Assembly (NCBI GenBank): GCA_044226625.1 | Contig: JBGAGQ010000011.1 | Location: forward strand, 1 to 64,000 | Origin: Thermoanaerobaculia bacterium | GTDB taxonomy: Bacteria > Acidobacteriota > Thermoanaerobaculia > Multivoradales > UBA5704 | Length of the DNA: 64,000 nucleotides | Reading direction: 5' to 3' | Shown: one piece after another, positions 7,836-19,788 of the stretch | How positions within the stretch are numbered: the first letter of the stretch is position 1 | Layout: every line of letters begins with the position of its first letter | Translations under genes and position numbers: made by a program | Notes under the pieces: model-generated | Told to the model about the DNA's origin: nothing | What the model saw: the letters and a program-made list of their open reading frames with translations, nothing else | Database searches by the model: none

Positions 7836-10127
7836 TTGCGGGAAGTTTTGGAGGGTCACGCTTTGGGTATCACATTGGTATTGGTAGCTGCATGCGTTGC
7901 GGTCCTGCTCTCCCTCATGGTTCGGCAGCTGCCTGTAGAGGGCCCCGGGCATGGGGCCAGAAATCACTTGACCGAGTTTTCGCGCGCCTGGTGGATCCTG
8001 GTCGCCTTCTACCTCCTGAAGGCTCTCTTGTCAAGATTTTCTCCCGCAGTCTTCGCATACCTCGTCGCCTTCGATGAGGCGCACGTGAGATCTTTTGTTG
8101 TTTACCATCTCGTTGTGTCGGTCTTCTGTGTCGCAACCAATTTTTTCCTCTGCAAAGCGATCTTCGAACTCAGCCTCGTCTACCGAGACAAGATTCCTGA
8201 GTCATTTGTCCCCCAAGGTGGCGCGCTCTTTCTAGTCGGCCGCAGAATTGTTATGGCCTCTAGCAGTCGATATGCGATAGGCCTGAGCTTTGTGTTGACA
8301 CTATTACTTCTGTTAGCCCCGCTAGCGGATCCTTCTAGGTATGGCGCCTTTGCGGAAACAGGGGTGTTTCTTTCCTACTGCGTCCAGCTTTTTGTTAGCA
8401 GCTCCCTATTCCTTCACCTTTCCAGGGTGTATTGGAAAGTCGTTGGAGGACTCGCAGCCGCAGCCTTTTCCTCACTCTACGCACTACTTCAACTGGCCTA
8501 TCCGGCACAGGTCTTGCCTCGTAACATATTGGCGCTGTGGCACCTAACGGCAGAATCGTTCTCTCTCTATAACCTAGTTCTTACTGGAGCCAAGATTCTA
8601 CTAGTTGCGGGGATCATTAAGGCTTGTTTCGAGATCAAGAGACGTGCCAGAGACGCGAAGGCTGCTTCCGACTTTCTTAGGATCCCGGGGACAATCGAAG
8701 ACGAAGGTAGTACCGACCCTCTCGATCGGCTCGGGCTCCGGTTGCGAGAACTGGCAGCCCTGCGAAGGATGGTTCAGCTCTGCGCTACATTACTACTTCT
8801 GGTGTTCATAGTTCTTGCGGTTCTCTATTTCTATCCGCGAACCGTCCACTATCTTTCCAGAGAGTATCCACCTCCACTAGTTCTCGCCTTCCGAGCCCTT
8901 TGGGCTTTGCCTGTCTTTTTAGCCCTTCAATCAGGTCTCTACTTGGTATTCTTCCTGGGTGCGCCTTCGGTCCCCTGGAAGCGACTGTGCGCAAATGGCG
9001 GCGCTTTGTCTAACCTTTTGTCGCACGAGAATACCGACGGCGAAGACGGCAAGTGGAAGCACGAGACACTGGAGCGCCGTCCAGGTGGCGGCGAGAGTTC
9101 CTCGGTTCAACTCATCTTTCTGCATGGGATCTTTAGCTCAGCTAGCAGATGCTGGGGCCTGCTCCCAGCGATACTGCTAAAGGATAGACGCGTCGCACGT
9201 GCCCATCTCCTTACCTATAAGCACAGCTTATGGAGCGGAGGAGATCGCTTGGTACAGATTCAACAGGAGCTTGCGGGAAAGATCCTAATGACGGTGGGCA
9301 AGGCTGAAGAACCCACCATCATCTTTGCCCATAGCCTTGGCGGCATTCTACTAATGAGGTCGATATTGGAGATTGTGTCGGATGGGGCCACCGTTTCTAT
9401 CGCGAGACGACTCCGACATCATGTCTGTATTGCGACACCTCTTCAGGGATCAAAGTACGCACTATTGGGCTCGCCCTGGAGCTGGCCAAATAGGCTCCGT
9501 CGCGGATCGACCTTTGTCCGAGAGACAGTCGAAAGATTCACGAAGGTTTTCGTGGCTCCCGGCAAGATCGTAGGCGAAGAGGCGCCTCTGGGTTCGTTCA
9601 CGTTCTATTATGGAACCCGGGATGATGTCGCGGGAACTGACCTAATGGTCCTCAATCTGCCCGGAACTCCAATTCCCGTGTCCTCCTGGCACAGTGCAAG
9701 CCAGGTATTCGATCAGGATAGCGCCTTGGCAGTCTTGTATAGGGGGGAATTGTCGCCAACATCTAGGTCTGTTCGCTTGATGCGCACACTGTGTTGCAAT
9801 TTGATCGGTAAGCGAAGACCTTACCTTGCTGTTATTTTCTCCCAGAATGGTCATGGACTTGCCGACGCCAAGGTGCTTGAAGAGTTTCGGTCTGAAGTAT
9901 GGGGACAGAAAGAGGTAACTCCAAGTCAAAGCCAGGGGTCTCTCTTTGACGTGCTGAGATCTAGACTGCCCCGAGGTAGTTTTGACCAGCTAGTTGCTGA
10001 AGTCGACAGACGTTGGGACTCCAGTTTCGATGCGAGGCAGTTGCTCGCACTTGAGATCGATCAAGGGTTTTCCGTTCATCTTTTTGCGAACTGTGAGGCA
10101 GGATTCGCCATCATGAGACGGACCTGA
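7836..10127 (+). CDS. Multi-pass membrane protein fused to an alpha/beta-hydrolase; AT-richer, probably horizontally acquired
   Basis: About 9-10 hydrophobic segments precede FLHGIFS, the AHSLGG nucleophile elbow, ATPLQGS, and candidate Asp (GTRDDV) and His (WHS). The start codon is uncertain. Confidence 0.75.
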   Translation: MREVLEGHALGITLVLVAACVAVLLSLMVRQLPVEGPGHGARNHLTEFSRAWWILVAFYLLKALLSRFSPAVFAYLVAFDEAHVRSFVVYHLVVSVFCVATNFFLCKAIFELSLVYRDKIPESFVPQGGALFLVGRRIVMASSSRYAIGLSFVLTLLLLLAPLADPSRYGAFAETGVFLSYCVQLFVSSSLFLHLSRVYWKVVGGLAAAAFSSLYALLQLAYPAQVLPRNILALWHLTAESFSLYNLVLTGAKILLVAGIIKACFEIKRRARDAKAASDFLRIPGTIEDEGSTDPLDRLGLRLRELAALRRMVQLCATLLLLVFIVLAVLYFYPRTVHYLSREYPPPLVLAFRALWALPVFLALQSGLYLVFFLGAPSVPWKRLCANGGALSNLLSHENTDGEDGKWKHETLERRPGGGESSSVQLIFLHGIFSSASRCWGLLPAILLKDRRVARAHLLTYKHSLWSGGDRLVQIQQELAGKILMTVGKAEEPTIIFAHSLGGILLMRSILEIVSDGATVSIARRLRHHVCIATPLQGSKYALLGSPWSWPNRLRRGSTFVRETVERFTKVFVAPGKIVGEEAPLGSFTFYYGTRDDVAGTDLMVLNLPGTPIPVSSWHSASQVFDQDSALAVLYRGELSPTSRSVRLMRTLCCNLIGKRRPYLAVIFSQNGHGLADAKVLEEFRSEVWGQKEVTPSQSQGSLFDVLRSRLPRGSFDQLVAEVDRRWDSSFDARQLLALEIDQGFSVHLFANCEAGFAIMRRT

Positions 10128-10146
10128 CGTTTTTGCGATTTGAACT

Positions 10147-10743
10147 CTACGCCCGCGACAGGCGGTTCAAGCTCGCCCGCAGCAGGTCGTGGAAGGCGGC
10201 GTCCGGCCGTTCGCGGCGGACGTCGGCGACGGCGCGCTCGGCTTGGGGTTGCTTGTAGCCGAGGTTGACCAGGGCCGAAACGACGTCCGGGTCGGAGGAA
10301 GGAGCGTGGACCTCCGCGGGCAGCTCGGCCGCGAGCTCGCGCATCTTGTCTTTGAGCTCCAGGATCATCCGCTCGGCGGTCTTCTTGCCGATGCCCGGGA
10401 TCGTCGACAGGCGGCCGAGGTTGCCCTGGGCGAGGGCGGCGAGGAAGTCGTCGGGCGGCATGCCGGAGAGGATGACCCGGGCGAGCTTCGGGCCGATGCC
10501 GGAGACGCCGATCAAACGCTCGAAGATCCGCTTTTCCCGTTCGGTCCAGAAGCCGAAGAGGGAGATGCCGTCTTCCCGCAGGTGGGTGTGGATGAAGAGG
10601 CCCAGGGGGGCGTCGCCCCCCCGCTTTTCGATTTCGTAGTAGGTCGAGAGGGGGACGGCGACCTCGTAGCCCACCCCCTGGACGTCGAGCAGGACCCGCT
10701 CGGGGCTCACCGCGAGAAGGGAGCCCCGCAAGTATCCGATCAT
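10147..10743 (-). CDS. ruvA: Holliday junction branch migration protein RuvA
   Basis: MIGYLRG, DVQGVGYEV, GVSGIGPKLA, PGIGKKTAERMILELKDK and SALVNLGY. Confidence 0.97.
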   Translation of the reverse strand: MIGYLRGSLLAVSPERVLLDVQGVGYEVAVPLSTYYEIEKRGGDAPLGLFIHTHLREDGISLFGFWTEREKRIFERLIGVSGIGPKLARVILSGMPPDDFLAALAQGNLGRLSTIPGIGKKTAERMILELKDKMRELAAELPAEVHAPSSDPDVVSALVNLGYKQPQAERAVADVRRERPDAAFHDLLRASLNRLSRA

Positions 10744-10798
10744 GCCGTCAGTCTCGTGCGCGCCGGTTTCGGCTCTCGGGTCGAGAGGCCTCGCCGCC

Positions 10799-12760
10799 TC
10801 AGCTCTTCGCCGCGGCCGCCTGGTCGGGATCGATACCAAGGCTCTGCAGGTAGCTGCGGCTGAAGTTGACGCCGATCTCCTGGCGCTTCTTCTCGATCAA
10901 CGCCTGGAGCAGCCGGATCGTCTTCTCGCGGCCGAGCGACTCGCGGGTCGTGTCCTTCTGCTTGGCGAACTCGACCGGATCGAACGCCTTCTTCGACTTG
11001 ACCTGGAACAGCACCGCGCCCTGCGGGTTCGGGAGCGGCCCGCCGATCTGGCCGGGAGCGAGCGCGAGCGCCGCCTCCGCGACCTTCGGGTCGTTGCCCA
11101 GGGCGGGAATGCCGGTCGCGCCGAATTCGCCGGACTCGGCGACCTTGAGCCCGAGCCCGGTCGCGACCTGGTCGAGCGTTTCGCCGGCGGAGAGCTTCTG
11201 CTTCGCCTTCGTCAGCTCGTCCATCGCCATCCGGCTCTGCTTCTCGCGCGCCACGGCGAGCCGGACCTTCGGCTCGACCTCGGTGAGCTCCGGCAACCGC
11301 GCCGGCAGGACGTCCTTGACGTAGGCGATCACCCAGCCGCGTGCGACCTGGAACGCCGGGGTGACGGCGCCCTTTTCGAGCGAGAAGACGGAAGCCGAGA
11401 GGTCCTGCGCGAGCCCGAGGGTGGGAATCGGCTCCTGGCGGCCGAAGCGCGCCGAGGCGGTGTAGGTGAGCGTCGCGTCCTGGCGCGCGAGATCTTCGAG
11501 CGCCTCGGGGCCCTTCGGCTTGTCCTTCGCGAGGCGCTCGGCGAGACGCTTCGCCTTTGCCTCGCTCTCCTTCTTCGACCGATCGCCGGAGAGCTGGAAG
11601 ACGATCTGCGACTTCACCTCGTCGAGCGGGGTCGAGCCGGCCTCACGCCGCCCTTCCACCTGGATCAGGTGGTAGCCGAACTGGCTGCGGACGGGGCCCA
11701 CGATCTGCCCTTCCGCGGCGCCGAAAGCGGCCTCGCTGAACTTGGGGTCCATCCGCTCCTTGGGGAACCAGCCGAGCTCGCCCCCCTGGGCCTTCGAGCC
11801 GGTGTCCTCGGACACCTCCTGGGCCACCTTCGTGAAGTCGGCGCCGCCCTTGATGCGCGCCGCCGCGGCTTCGATCTTCGCCTTGGCCGCCGCCTCGTCC
11901 TGCTGGTCGTTGACCAGCGCGAGGATGTGGCGCGCTCGCACCTCGGCCTCGTGCGAATAGTCGGCCAGGTGCTCGTCGTAGTAGGCCTTGACCTCGGCGT
12001 CCGAGACCTGCGCCTGGCCCATCATCTTGCCGTCGTCGACGAGCAGGTAGGCGATGTCGCGCTGCTCGGGCAGCCGGTACTCTTCCTTGTGAGCCGCGAA
12101 GTAGCTCGCCACCTCGGCCTGGGGCACCGCCTCACCCTGGAGGAAGCGGCTGCTCGGCATCAGCAGGTAGCGGATCTCCGCCTTTTCGGTCTGCTCGCGA
12201 TAGGACTTTTCGACCTCGGCGTCCGAGACGTAGACCGTGCCGCGGAGCACCTGCTGCAGGCGCTCGAGGGCGATCTGGTCGCGCGCCATCCGCTCGAAAT
12301 CGCCCGGGGCCATCCGGTAGGCGCGGCGGATGAAGGACGCGTAGGTTTCGGCGCCGACGAAATTGCCCTTGTCGTCCTTCATGCCGGGGATCGAGAGGAT
12401 CATCTTCTGGAGATCCTGGTCGTTCGGCTCGAGGCCCAGACGCTTCGCTTCGGCGAGCAGCACCTTCTGGTTGACGGCGCCGTTGAGCGCCTGAAGCGGC
12501 AGGCCGAGCCGGTCCGCGATCTCGGAGTTGAACTGGTCGCCGTAGATCTGCCGGTACTGGTTCTCCAGCAGGTCGTACTGGCGCTTCACCTCGGCCCGCG
12601 TGACGTGCTCGCCGCCCACGGTCGCCGCGGCCGCCTCGTCCGACGCGCCGGAGGAGGGGACACGGCCGAAGTCGAGGAAGATCGCGATGACGAAGACCGC
12701 CACGATCAACCAGAGGATCCAGCTCAGGTACTTGATGTTCTCTCGCAAAACTTTAAGCAT
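10799..12760 (-). CDS. PpiD/SurA-family parvulin peptidyl-prolyl isomerase chaperone
   Basis: N-terminal TM anchor and SurA-N helices, then parvulin motifs VRARHIL, SEDTGSKAQGGELGWF and SQFGYHLI. Confidence 0.9.
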   Translation of the reverse strand: MLKVLRENIKYLSWILWLIVAVFVIAIFLDFGRVPSSGASDEAAAATVGGEHVTRAEVKRQYDLLENQYRQIYGDQFNSEIADRLGLPLQALNGAVNQKVLLAEAKRLGLEPNDQDLQKMILSIPGMKDDKGNFVGAETYASFIRRAYRMAPGDFERMARDQIALERLQQVLRGTVYVSDAEVEKSYREQTEKAEIRYLLMPSSRFLQGEAVPQAEVASYFAAHKEEYRLPEQRDIAYLLVDDGKMMGQAQVSDAEVKAYYDEHLADYSHEAEVRARHILALVNDQQDEAAAKAKIEAAAARIKGGADFTKVAQEVSEDTGSKAQGGELGWFPKERMDPKFSEAAFGAAEGQIVGPVRSQFGYHLIQVEGRREAGSTPLDEVKSQIVFQLSGDRSKKESEAKAKRLAERLAKDKPKGPEALEDLARQDATLTYTASARFGRQEPIPTLGLAQDLSASVFSLEKGAVTPAFQVARGWVIAYVKDVLPARLPELTEVEPKVRLAVAREKQSRMAMDELTKAKQKLSAGETLDQVATGLGLKVAESGEFGATGIPALGNDPKVAEAALALAPGQIGGPLPNPQGAVLFQVKSKKAFDPVEFAKQKDTTRESLGREKTIRLLQALIEKKRQEIGVNFSRSYLQSLGIDPDQAAAAKS

Positions 12761-12867
12761 CTGCTACTCCTTGGGCTCGACCGCGGAAACCGCCGAACTG
12801 TAGCAGCGGCTCTTGGGGGGTTTCAACCCGTGGTAAATTCCTCCCCTCGGATCGAGGAGTCCGTTCA

Positions 12868-15433
<2,566 letters not shown>

Positions 15434-15481
15434 CGTCCTCCCGTCGCGGGAAGGGCGCCCGGCTGAGAATGGCGGGTTAGA

Positions 15482-16327
15482 TTGGACGAGCGGCGCGCCG
15501 GCTGGCTTTTGCTCGTCGCCCTGGGGGCGCAACTCGCGCTGCTCGGTCTTCAGGTACCGGGAGCGGGAGGCAAGGGCACCTACCTGGGAGCGCTCGGGCT
15601 GCGCGTGGTCGGTCCGTTCGGCCGCGCGATCACCGCGACGTCGCGGGCGATCGGCGGTTCGGCGGACAACGTGCGGCTCCAACGCCATCTGGTCGCGGAG
15701 AATCGCAGGCTGCGCCGCGAGCTCGAGGACCTGCGCCTGCGGCTGTTCCGCTTCGAGGACGTGCGGAGCGAGGCCGCCCGGTTGGGCGCTGCGCTCCGCT
15801 ACGCCCCGCCGCCGATCGGCGAGCTGCGCGCGGCCGACGTCGTCTACCTCGATTTCGCCTCGTGGCTGACGACCCTGGTGATCTACGCCGGCGAGGCGCC
15901 GGTCCAGGTGGACCAGGTCGTCCTCGCGCCGGCCGGGCTGGTCGGCCGCGTAGTGGCGGTCGCCCCTCCCTACGCCAAGGTCCAGCTGCTCACGGACCGC
16001 TCGGCGAGCGTCGGAGCGCTGCTCGTGCGGACCCATCGGATGGGCGTTCTGCGCGGCGCGGGGAGCGGCACGCTGGAGCTCGATTACATCCCGGTGCAGG
16101 CGCCGGTCCAGACCGGCGACCGGGTGCTCACCGCCGGAATCGACGGGATCTTTCCGCGCGGCATCCCGGTGGGCACGGTGGTCTCGGTCAAAGAGCAGGG
16201 GCAGCTGTTCCGGCAGGTGGGCGTCGCCCCCGCGGTCGATCTCGGCACGCTCGACCAGGTCTATCTCCTCGATTGGAAGCCGGTGCCGCAGAAGCTCAGG
16301 GAGCAGGATGACGATGGCGGTCGTTAG
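15482..16327 (+). CDS. mreC: Rod shape-determining protein MreC
   Basis: TM plus coiled coil, GLVGRV and TAGIDGIFPRGIPVG. It follows mreB. Confidence 0.95.
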   Translation: MDERRAGWLLLVALGAQLALLGLQVPGAGGKGTYLGALGLRVVGPFGRAITATSRAIGGSADNVRLQRHLVAENRRLRRELEDLRLRLFRFEDVRSEAARLGAALRYAPPPIGELRAADVVYLDFASWLTTLVIYAGEAPVQVDQVVLAPAGLVGRVVAVAPPYAKVQLLTDRSASVGALLVRTHRMGVLRGAGSGTLELDYIPVQAPVQTGDRVLTAGIDGIFPRGIPVGTVVSVKEQGQLFRQVGVAPAVDLGTLDQVYLLDWKPVPQKLREQDDDGGR

Positions 16328-16838
16328 ATATCTCGCCGCGCTCGGGGCGGCCCTGGTGCTCCACCTGATCGGCGTGCGGATCCATCCGAACCTGCCGCAG
16401 GCGATCGACTGGTTCCTGCCGGTTCTGGTGCTCCTCGCGCTCTCCGGGTCGTCGGTCGCGGGAATCGGCGGCGGGCTCGCGGCGGGCCTGCTCCAGGACG
16501 GGCTCACCGGCGGGCTCTACGGTCTGCACGGGTTCGCCGACACGCTGGTCGGATACGCCACGGCGCGTTTGGCCCAGCGCCTGGTCATCCAGCGCGCGAT
16601 CGGCGTGTTCGCGATCGCAAGCTTCGCCTCGGCCCTGCAGCAGGTGATCCTGATCGCCCTGTCGCTCTTCCTGCTGCCGGAGGCGAGCGTCCCCGAGCCC
16701 TTCTGGGTGGTCGTCCGGGCGCTCTCGACCGGGCTGGTCGGCCTTTTGATCTACTCCGGCTCCGATCGCTTCCGCAAGGCGGCCGAGAGCCACCGCAAGC
16801 AACGCCTATCCCGCATTCGACTGGACGCCCAACCATGA
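16308..16838 (+). CDS. mreD: Rod shape-determining protein MreD
   Basis: Hydrophobic protein with a GLLQD motif, lying between mreC and mrdA. Confidence 0.9.
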   Translation: MTMAVVRYLAALGAALVLHLIGVRIHPNLPQAIDWFLPVLVLLALSGSSVAGIGGGLAAGLLQDGLTGGLYGLHGFADTLVGYATARLAQRLVIQRAIGVFAIASFASALQQVILIALSLFLLPEASVPEPFWVVVRALSTGLVGLLIYSGSDRFRKAAESHRKQRLSRIRLDAQP

Positions 16839-18631
16839 AAGTCGTCCGCGAGCTCCGCGAGGACCTGATCGGCCGGATCTGGCTGTTGAACGCCCTGGTG
16901 ACCGGGCTGCTCGCGGCGATCGCCTGCGCCTATTGGTTCGTCCAGCTGGTCGAAGGGGAGCACTACCGCGAGCTGGCCGAGAACAACCGCCTGCGCAAGC
17001 TGCCGATCAAAGCTCCCCGAGGGCTGATCTACGACCGCTACGGCCAGCTCCTGGTGGAGAACCTGCCGAGCTACAACCTGATGGTCGACCGCAGCCAGAG
17101 CCGCGACCTGTCGGCCGCGGTCCGCTTCGTTTCGGTGGTGCTCGGGCGGCCGATTCCGGAGCTCGCGGCGGTCCTCGAACGCGTCCGCGCGACGCCGGAT
17201 TTCAAGCCGGTCCTGCTCGCCGAGCACCTCACGCTCGAGCAGGTCGCGGCGGTCGCGGCGCGCGGCCTCGAGTTTCCGGAGTTCCAGATCGAGGTGCAGA
17301 ACCTCCGTCTGTACCGGCACGGTCCCCAGACCGCGCACGTCCTCGGCTACCTGGGCGAGGTGAGCGAGGGAGAGGTCGAACGGTCCGACGGTACCTACAC
17401 CGCGGGCGATCTGGTCGGAAAGCGCGGCATCGAGCAGGTGTTCGACAAGGTCCTGCGCGGGCGCGATGGCGAGCGGGTGGTGGTCGTCGACAGCCGCGGC
17501 AAGCTCCTCGAGGAGTACGGTCGCACGCCGATCGAGGCGGGGCGTCCGCTCCATCTGACCCTCGATCTCGAGCTCCAGCAGGAGGCGATCCGGCAGTTCG
17601 AGGGGGCCGACGCGGTCGGCTCGGTAGTGGCCCTCGATCCGCGCAATGGAGAGATCCTCGCCCTGGTCTCTGCGCCTTCCTACGATCCGAACCTGTTCTC
17701 CCGCCGGCTCAACCAGGACGACTGGAATGCCCTGATCGGAGCGCCGCACGATCCCATGCGCGACCGGGCGATCCAGAACACCTACTCCCCCGGTTCGGTG
17801 TTCAAGATCATGATGGCGGCGGCCGGCCTCGCCGAGGGGGTGGTCTCGGAGAGCGACTCCGTCTACTGCGACGGCTCGGCGAGCATCTACGGCCATCGCT
17901 TCCGCTGCTGGTCGAAAGGTGGGCACGGCCACGTCGAGCTCCGCTCCGCGCTCGAGCACTCGTGCGACGTGTACTTCTACAAGCTGGGCCAGCGGCTCGG
18001 GATCGAGCGGATCGCCCGCTACTCCCGGATGTTCGGGCTGGGCGCCCGGACCGGCATCGAGCTACGCGGAGAAAACGCCGGCCTGATCCCCGATTCGGCG
18101 TGGAGCCTCGCGGTCCGAAAGCACCCCTGGTTCCTCGGCGAGACGATCTCGGTCGCGATCGGCCAGGGGCCGGTGCTCACCTCGCCGCTCCAGATCGCAG
18201 CGGTCACCGCGCTGATCGCGAATGGCGGCCATCCCGTCCGCCCCCATCTGGTCCGGGGAGAAGAGCCCGAGCCCTCCCAGACCGAGCGGCCCGAGCTGCC
18301 GCCGCGCGTGCTCGAAGCCGTGCGGGAGGGGATGGACGCGGTGGTCAACGAGCCGGGCGGCACCGCCCGCACCGCCCGGCTCCCGAACGTGCGCGTGGCG
18401 GGGAAGACCGGCACGGTGCAGGTCATCGCCCAGGCCGCGCGCACCAATCCCAACGCCTTGCCGTTCCGCTTCCGCGATCACGGCTGGTTCACCTCGTTCG
18501 CCCCGGTCGACAATCCGGAGATCGTGGTCGTCGCTTTCGTCGAGCATGGCGGTTCGGGCTCGAAAGCGGCGGCGCCGATCGCAAAGGCCGTCCTTGCGAA
18601 ATATTTCTCGTCCGCTCAACAGCGCCGCTAG
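16835..18631 (+). CDS. mrdA: Penicillin-binding protein 2
   Basis: APRGLIYDR, and the motifs SVFK (SxxK), SCD and KTGT. Confidence 0.97.
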   Translation: MKVVRELREDLIGRIWLLNALVTGLLAAIACAYWFVQLVEGEHYRELAENNRLRKLPIKAPRGLIYDRYGQLLVENLPSYNLMVDRSQSRDLSAAVRFVSVVLGRPIPELAAVLERVRATPDFKPVLLAEHLTLEQVAAVAARGLEFPEFQIEVQNLRLYRHGPQTAHVLGYLGEVSEGEVERSDGTYTAGDLVGKRGIEQVFDKVLRGRDGERVVVVDSRGKLLEEYGRTPIEAGRPLHLTLDLELQQEAIRQFEGADAVGSVVALDPRNGEILALVSAPSYDPNLFSRRLNQDDWNALIGAPHDPMRDRAIQNTYSPGSVFKIMMAAAGLAEGVVSESDSVYCDGSASIYGHRFRCWSKGGHGHVELRSALEHSCDVYFYKLGQRLGIERIARYSRMFGLGARTGIELRGENAGLIPDSAWSLAVRKHPWFLGETISVAIGQGPVLTSPLQIAAVTALIANGGHPVRPHLVRGEEPEPSQTERPELPPRVLEAVREGMDAVVNEPGGTARTARLPNVRVAGKTGTVQVIAQAARTNPNALPFRFRDHGWFTSFAPVDNPEIVVVAFVEHGGSGSKAAAPIAKAVLAKYFSSAQQRR

Positions 18632-19733
18632 CCCCGAGGAGCGGCAGCCGTTCGCCCAGCTCGCGGCGGTCGACGGCGGCCTGGCGCTCGCGGCGCTCCT
18701 GCTCACGGCGGTAGGGCTCGCAACGGTCCACAGCGCGAGCTCGGAGCTCGCCGTGGACTACCTGCCGCGCCAGGCGATCTGGGTCGGCGCGGGCATCGTC
18801 CTCCTGCTCGCCGCGATGAGCATCGACTATCGGGTGATGCTCGACCTGTCGCTCACGCTCTACGCGGTAAGCCTCGTCCTGCTCGCCCTGGTGCTGGTCA
18901 TCGGTGACGTCCGGGGGGGCGCGCGCAGCTGGTTCGTGTTCGGCCCCTGGCAGTTCCAACCGTCGGAGCTCGCCAAGCTGGCCACCACCCTCTTCGTCGC
19001 GAGATATCTGTCCGAGATCGACCGGCCGGTGCTCTCGCTGCGCCAGATCCTGACGGTGATCGGGATCGTCGCCGCCCCGATGCTGCTGATCGTCATCGAG
19101 CCCGACATGGGAGGGGCGGCGATGTTCGTCCCCCTGCTCGCCGGGATGCTGCTGATCGCGGGGGTGAAGCTCCGCTACCTGGTGATCGCGGGGGTGATCG
19201 CGGCGAGCGTCGGGTTCGGCCTCTGGACCTTCGGCATGCAGGACTACCAACGCAATCGGGTGATCACCTACCTCCAGCCAGAGCACGATCCGCTCGGCTC
19301 CGGGTACCACATCCACCAGAGCAAGATCGCGGTCGGCTCCGGCCAGCTGGTCGGCAAGGGATACATGCAGGGAACGCAGAGCCAGCTGCGCTTCCTTCCC
19401 GCGCGCCATACCGACTTCATCCTCGCCGTGCTCGCCGAGGAGTGGGGCTTCCTCGGGGTCGCCACGGTCCTGGGCCTCTACGCCCTCTACATCCGGAGCG
19501 GCGCGCGCATCGCGATGCGCGCCCGCGACCGCTCGGGCATCCTCGTCGTGGTCGGCCTCCTCTCGGTGTTCTGTTTCCACGTCCTCTACAACTCCGCGAT
19601 GGTCATCGGCTTCCTGCCGATCACCGGCATCCCGCTTCCGTTCCTCTCCTACGGCGGCACGTTCATGCTCTACAACTTCGCCGCCACCGGAATCATCCTG
19701 GGTGTCGACCTCCGCCGCTACGTAAACCGGTAG
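18594..19733 (+). CDS. rodA: SEDS glycosyltransferase RodA
   Basis: FQPSELAK, EPDMG, HTDFI and PLPFLSYGG. The start (TTG 18594) is approximate. Confidence 0.95.
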   Translation: MRNISRPLNSAASPEERQPFAQLAAVDGGLALAALLLTAVGLATVHSASSELAVDYLPRQAIWVGAGIVLLLAAMSIDYRVMLDLSLTLYAVSLVLLALVLVIGDVRGGARSWFVFGPWQFQPSELAKLATTLFVARYLSEIDRPVLSLRQILTVIGIVAAPMLLIVIEPDMGGAAMFVPLLAGMLLIAGVKLRYLVIAGVIAASVGFGLWTFGMQDYQRNRVITYLQPEHDPLGSGYHIHQSKIAVGSGQLVGKGYMQGTQSQLRFLPARHTDFILAVLAEEWGFLGVATVLGLYALYIRSGARIAMRARDRSGILVVVGLLSVFCFHVLYNSAMVIGFLPITGIPLPFLSYGGTFMLYNFAATGIILGVDLRRYVNR

Positions 19734-19788
19734 GCCCACCCGGGGGAAAATGCGCAATCCACCTGTCGTCCCTCATAATTCGCAGCGC

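Noticed and set aside
1-10140. Prophage or integrative element
   Set aside because: No integrase, transposase, structural genes, tRNA or att duplication is visible, so it can only be called an accessory region.
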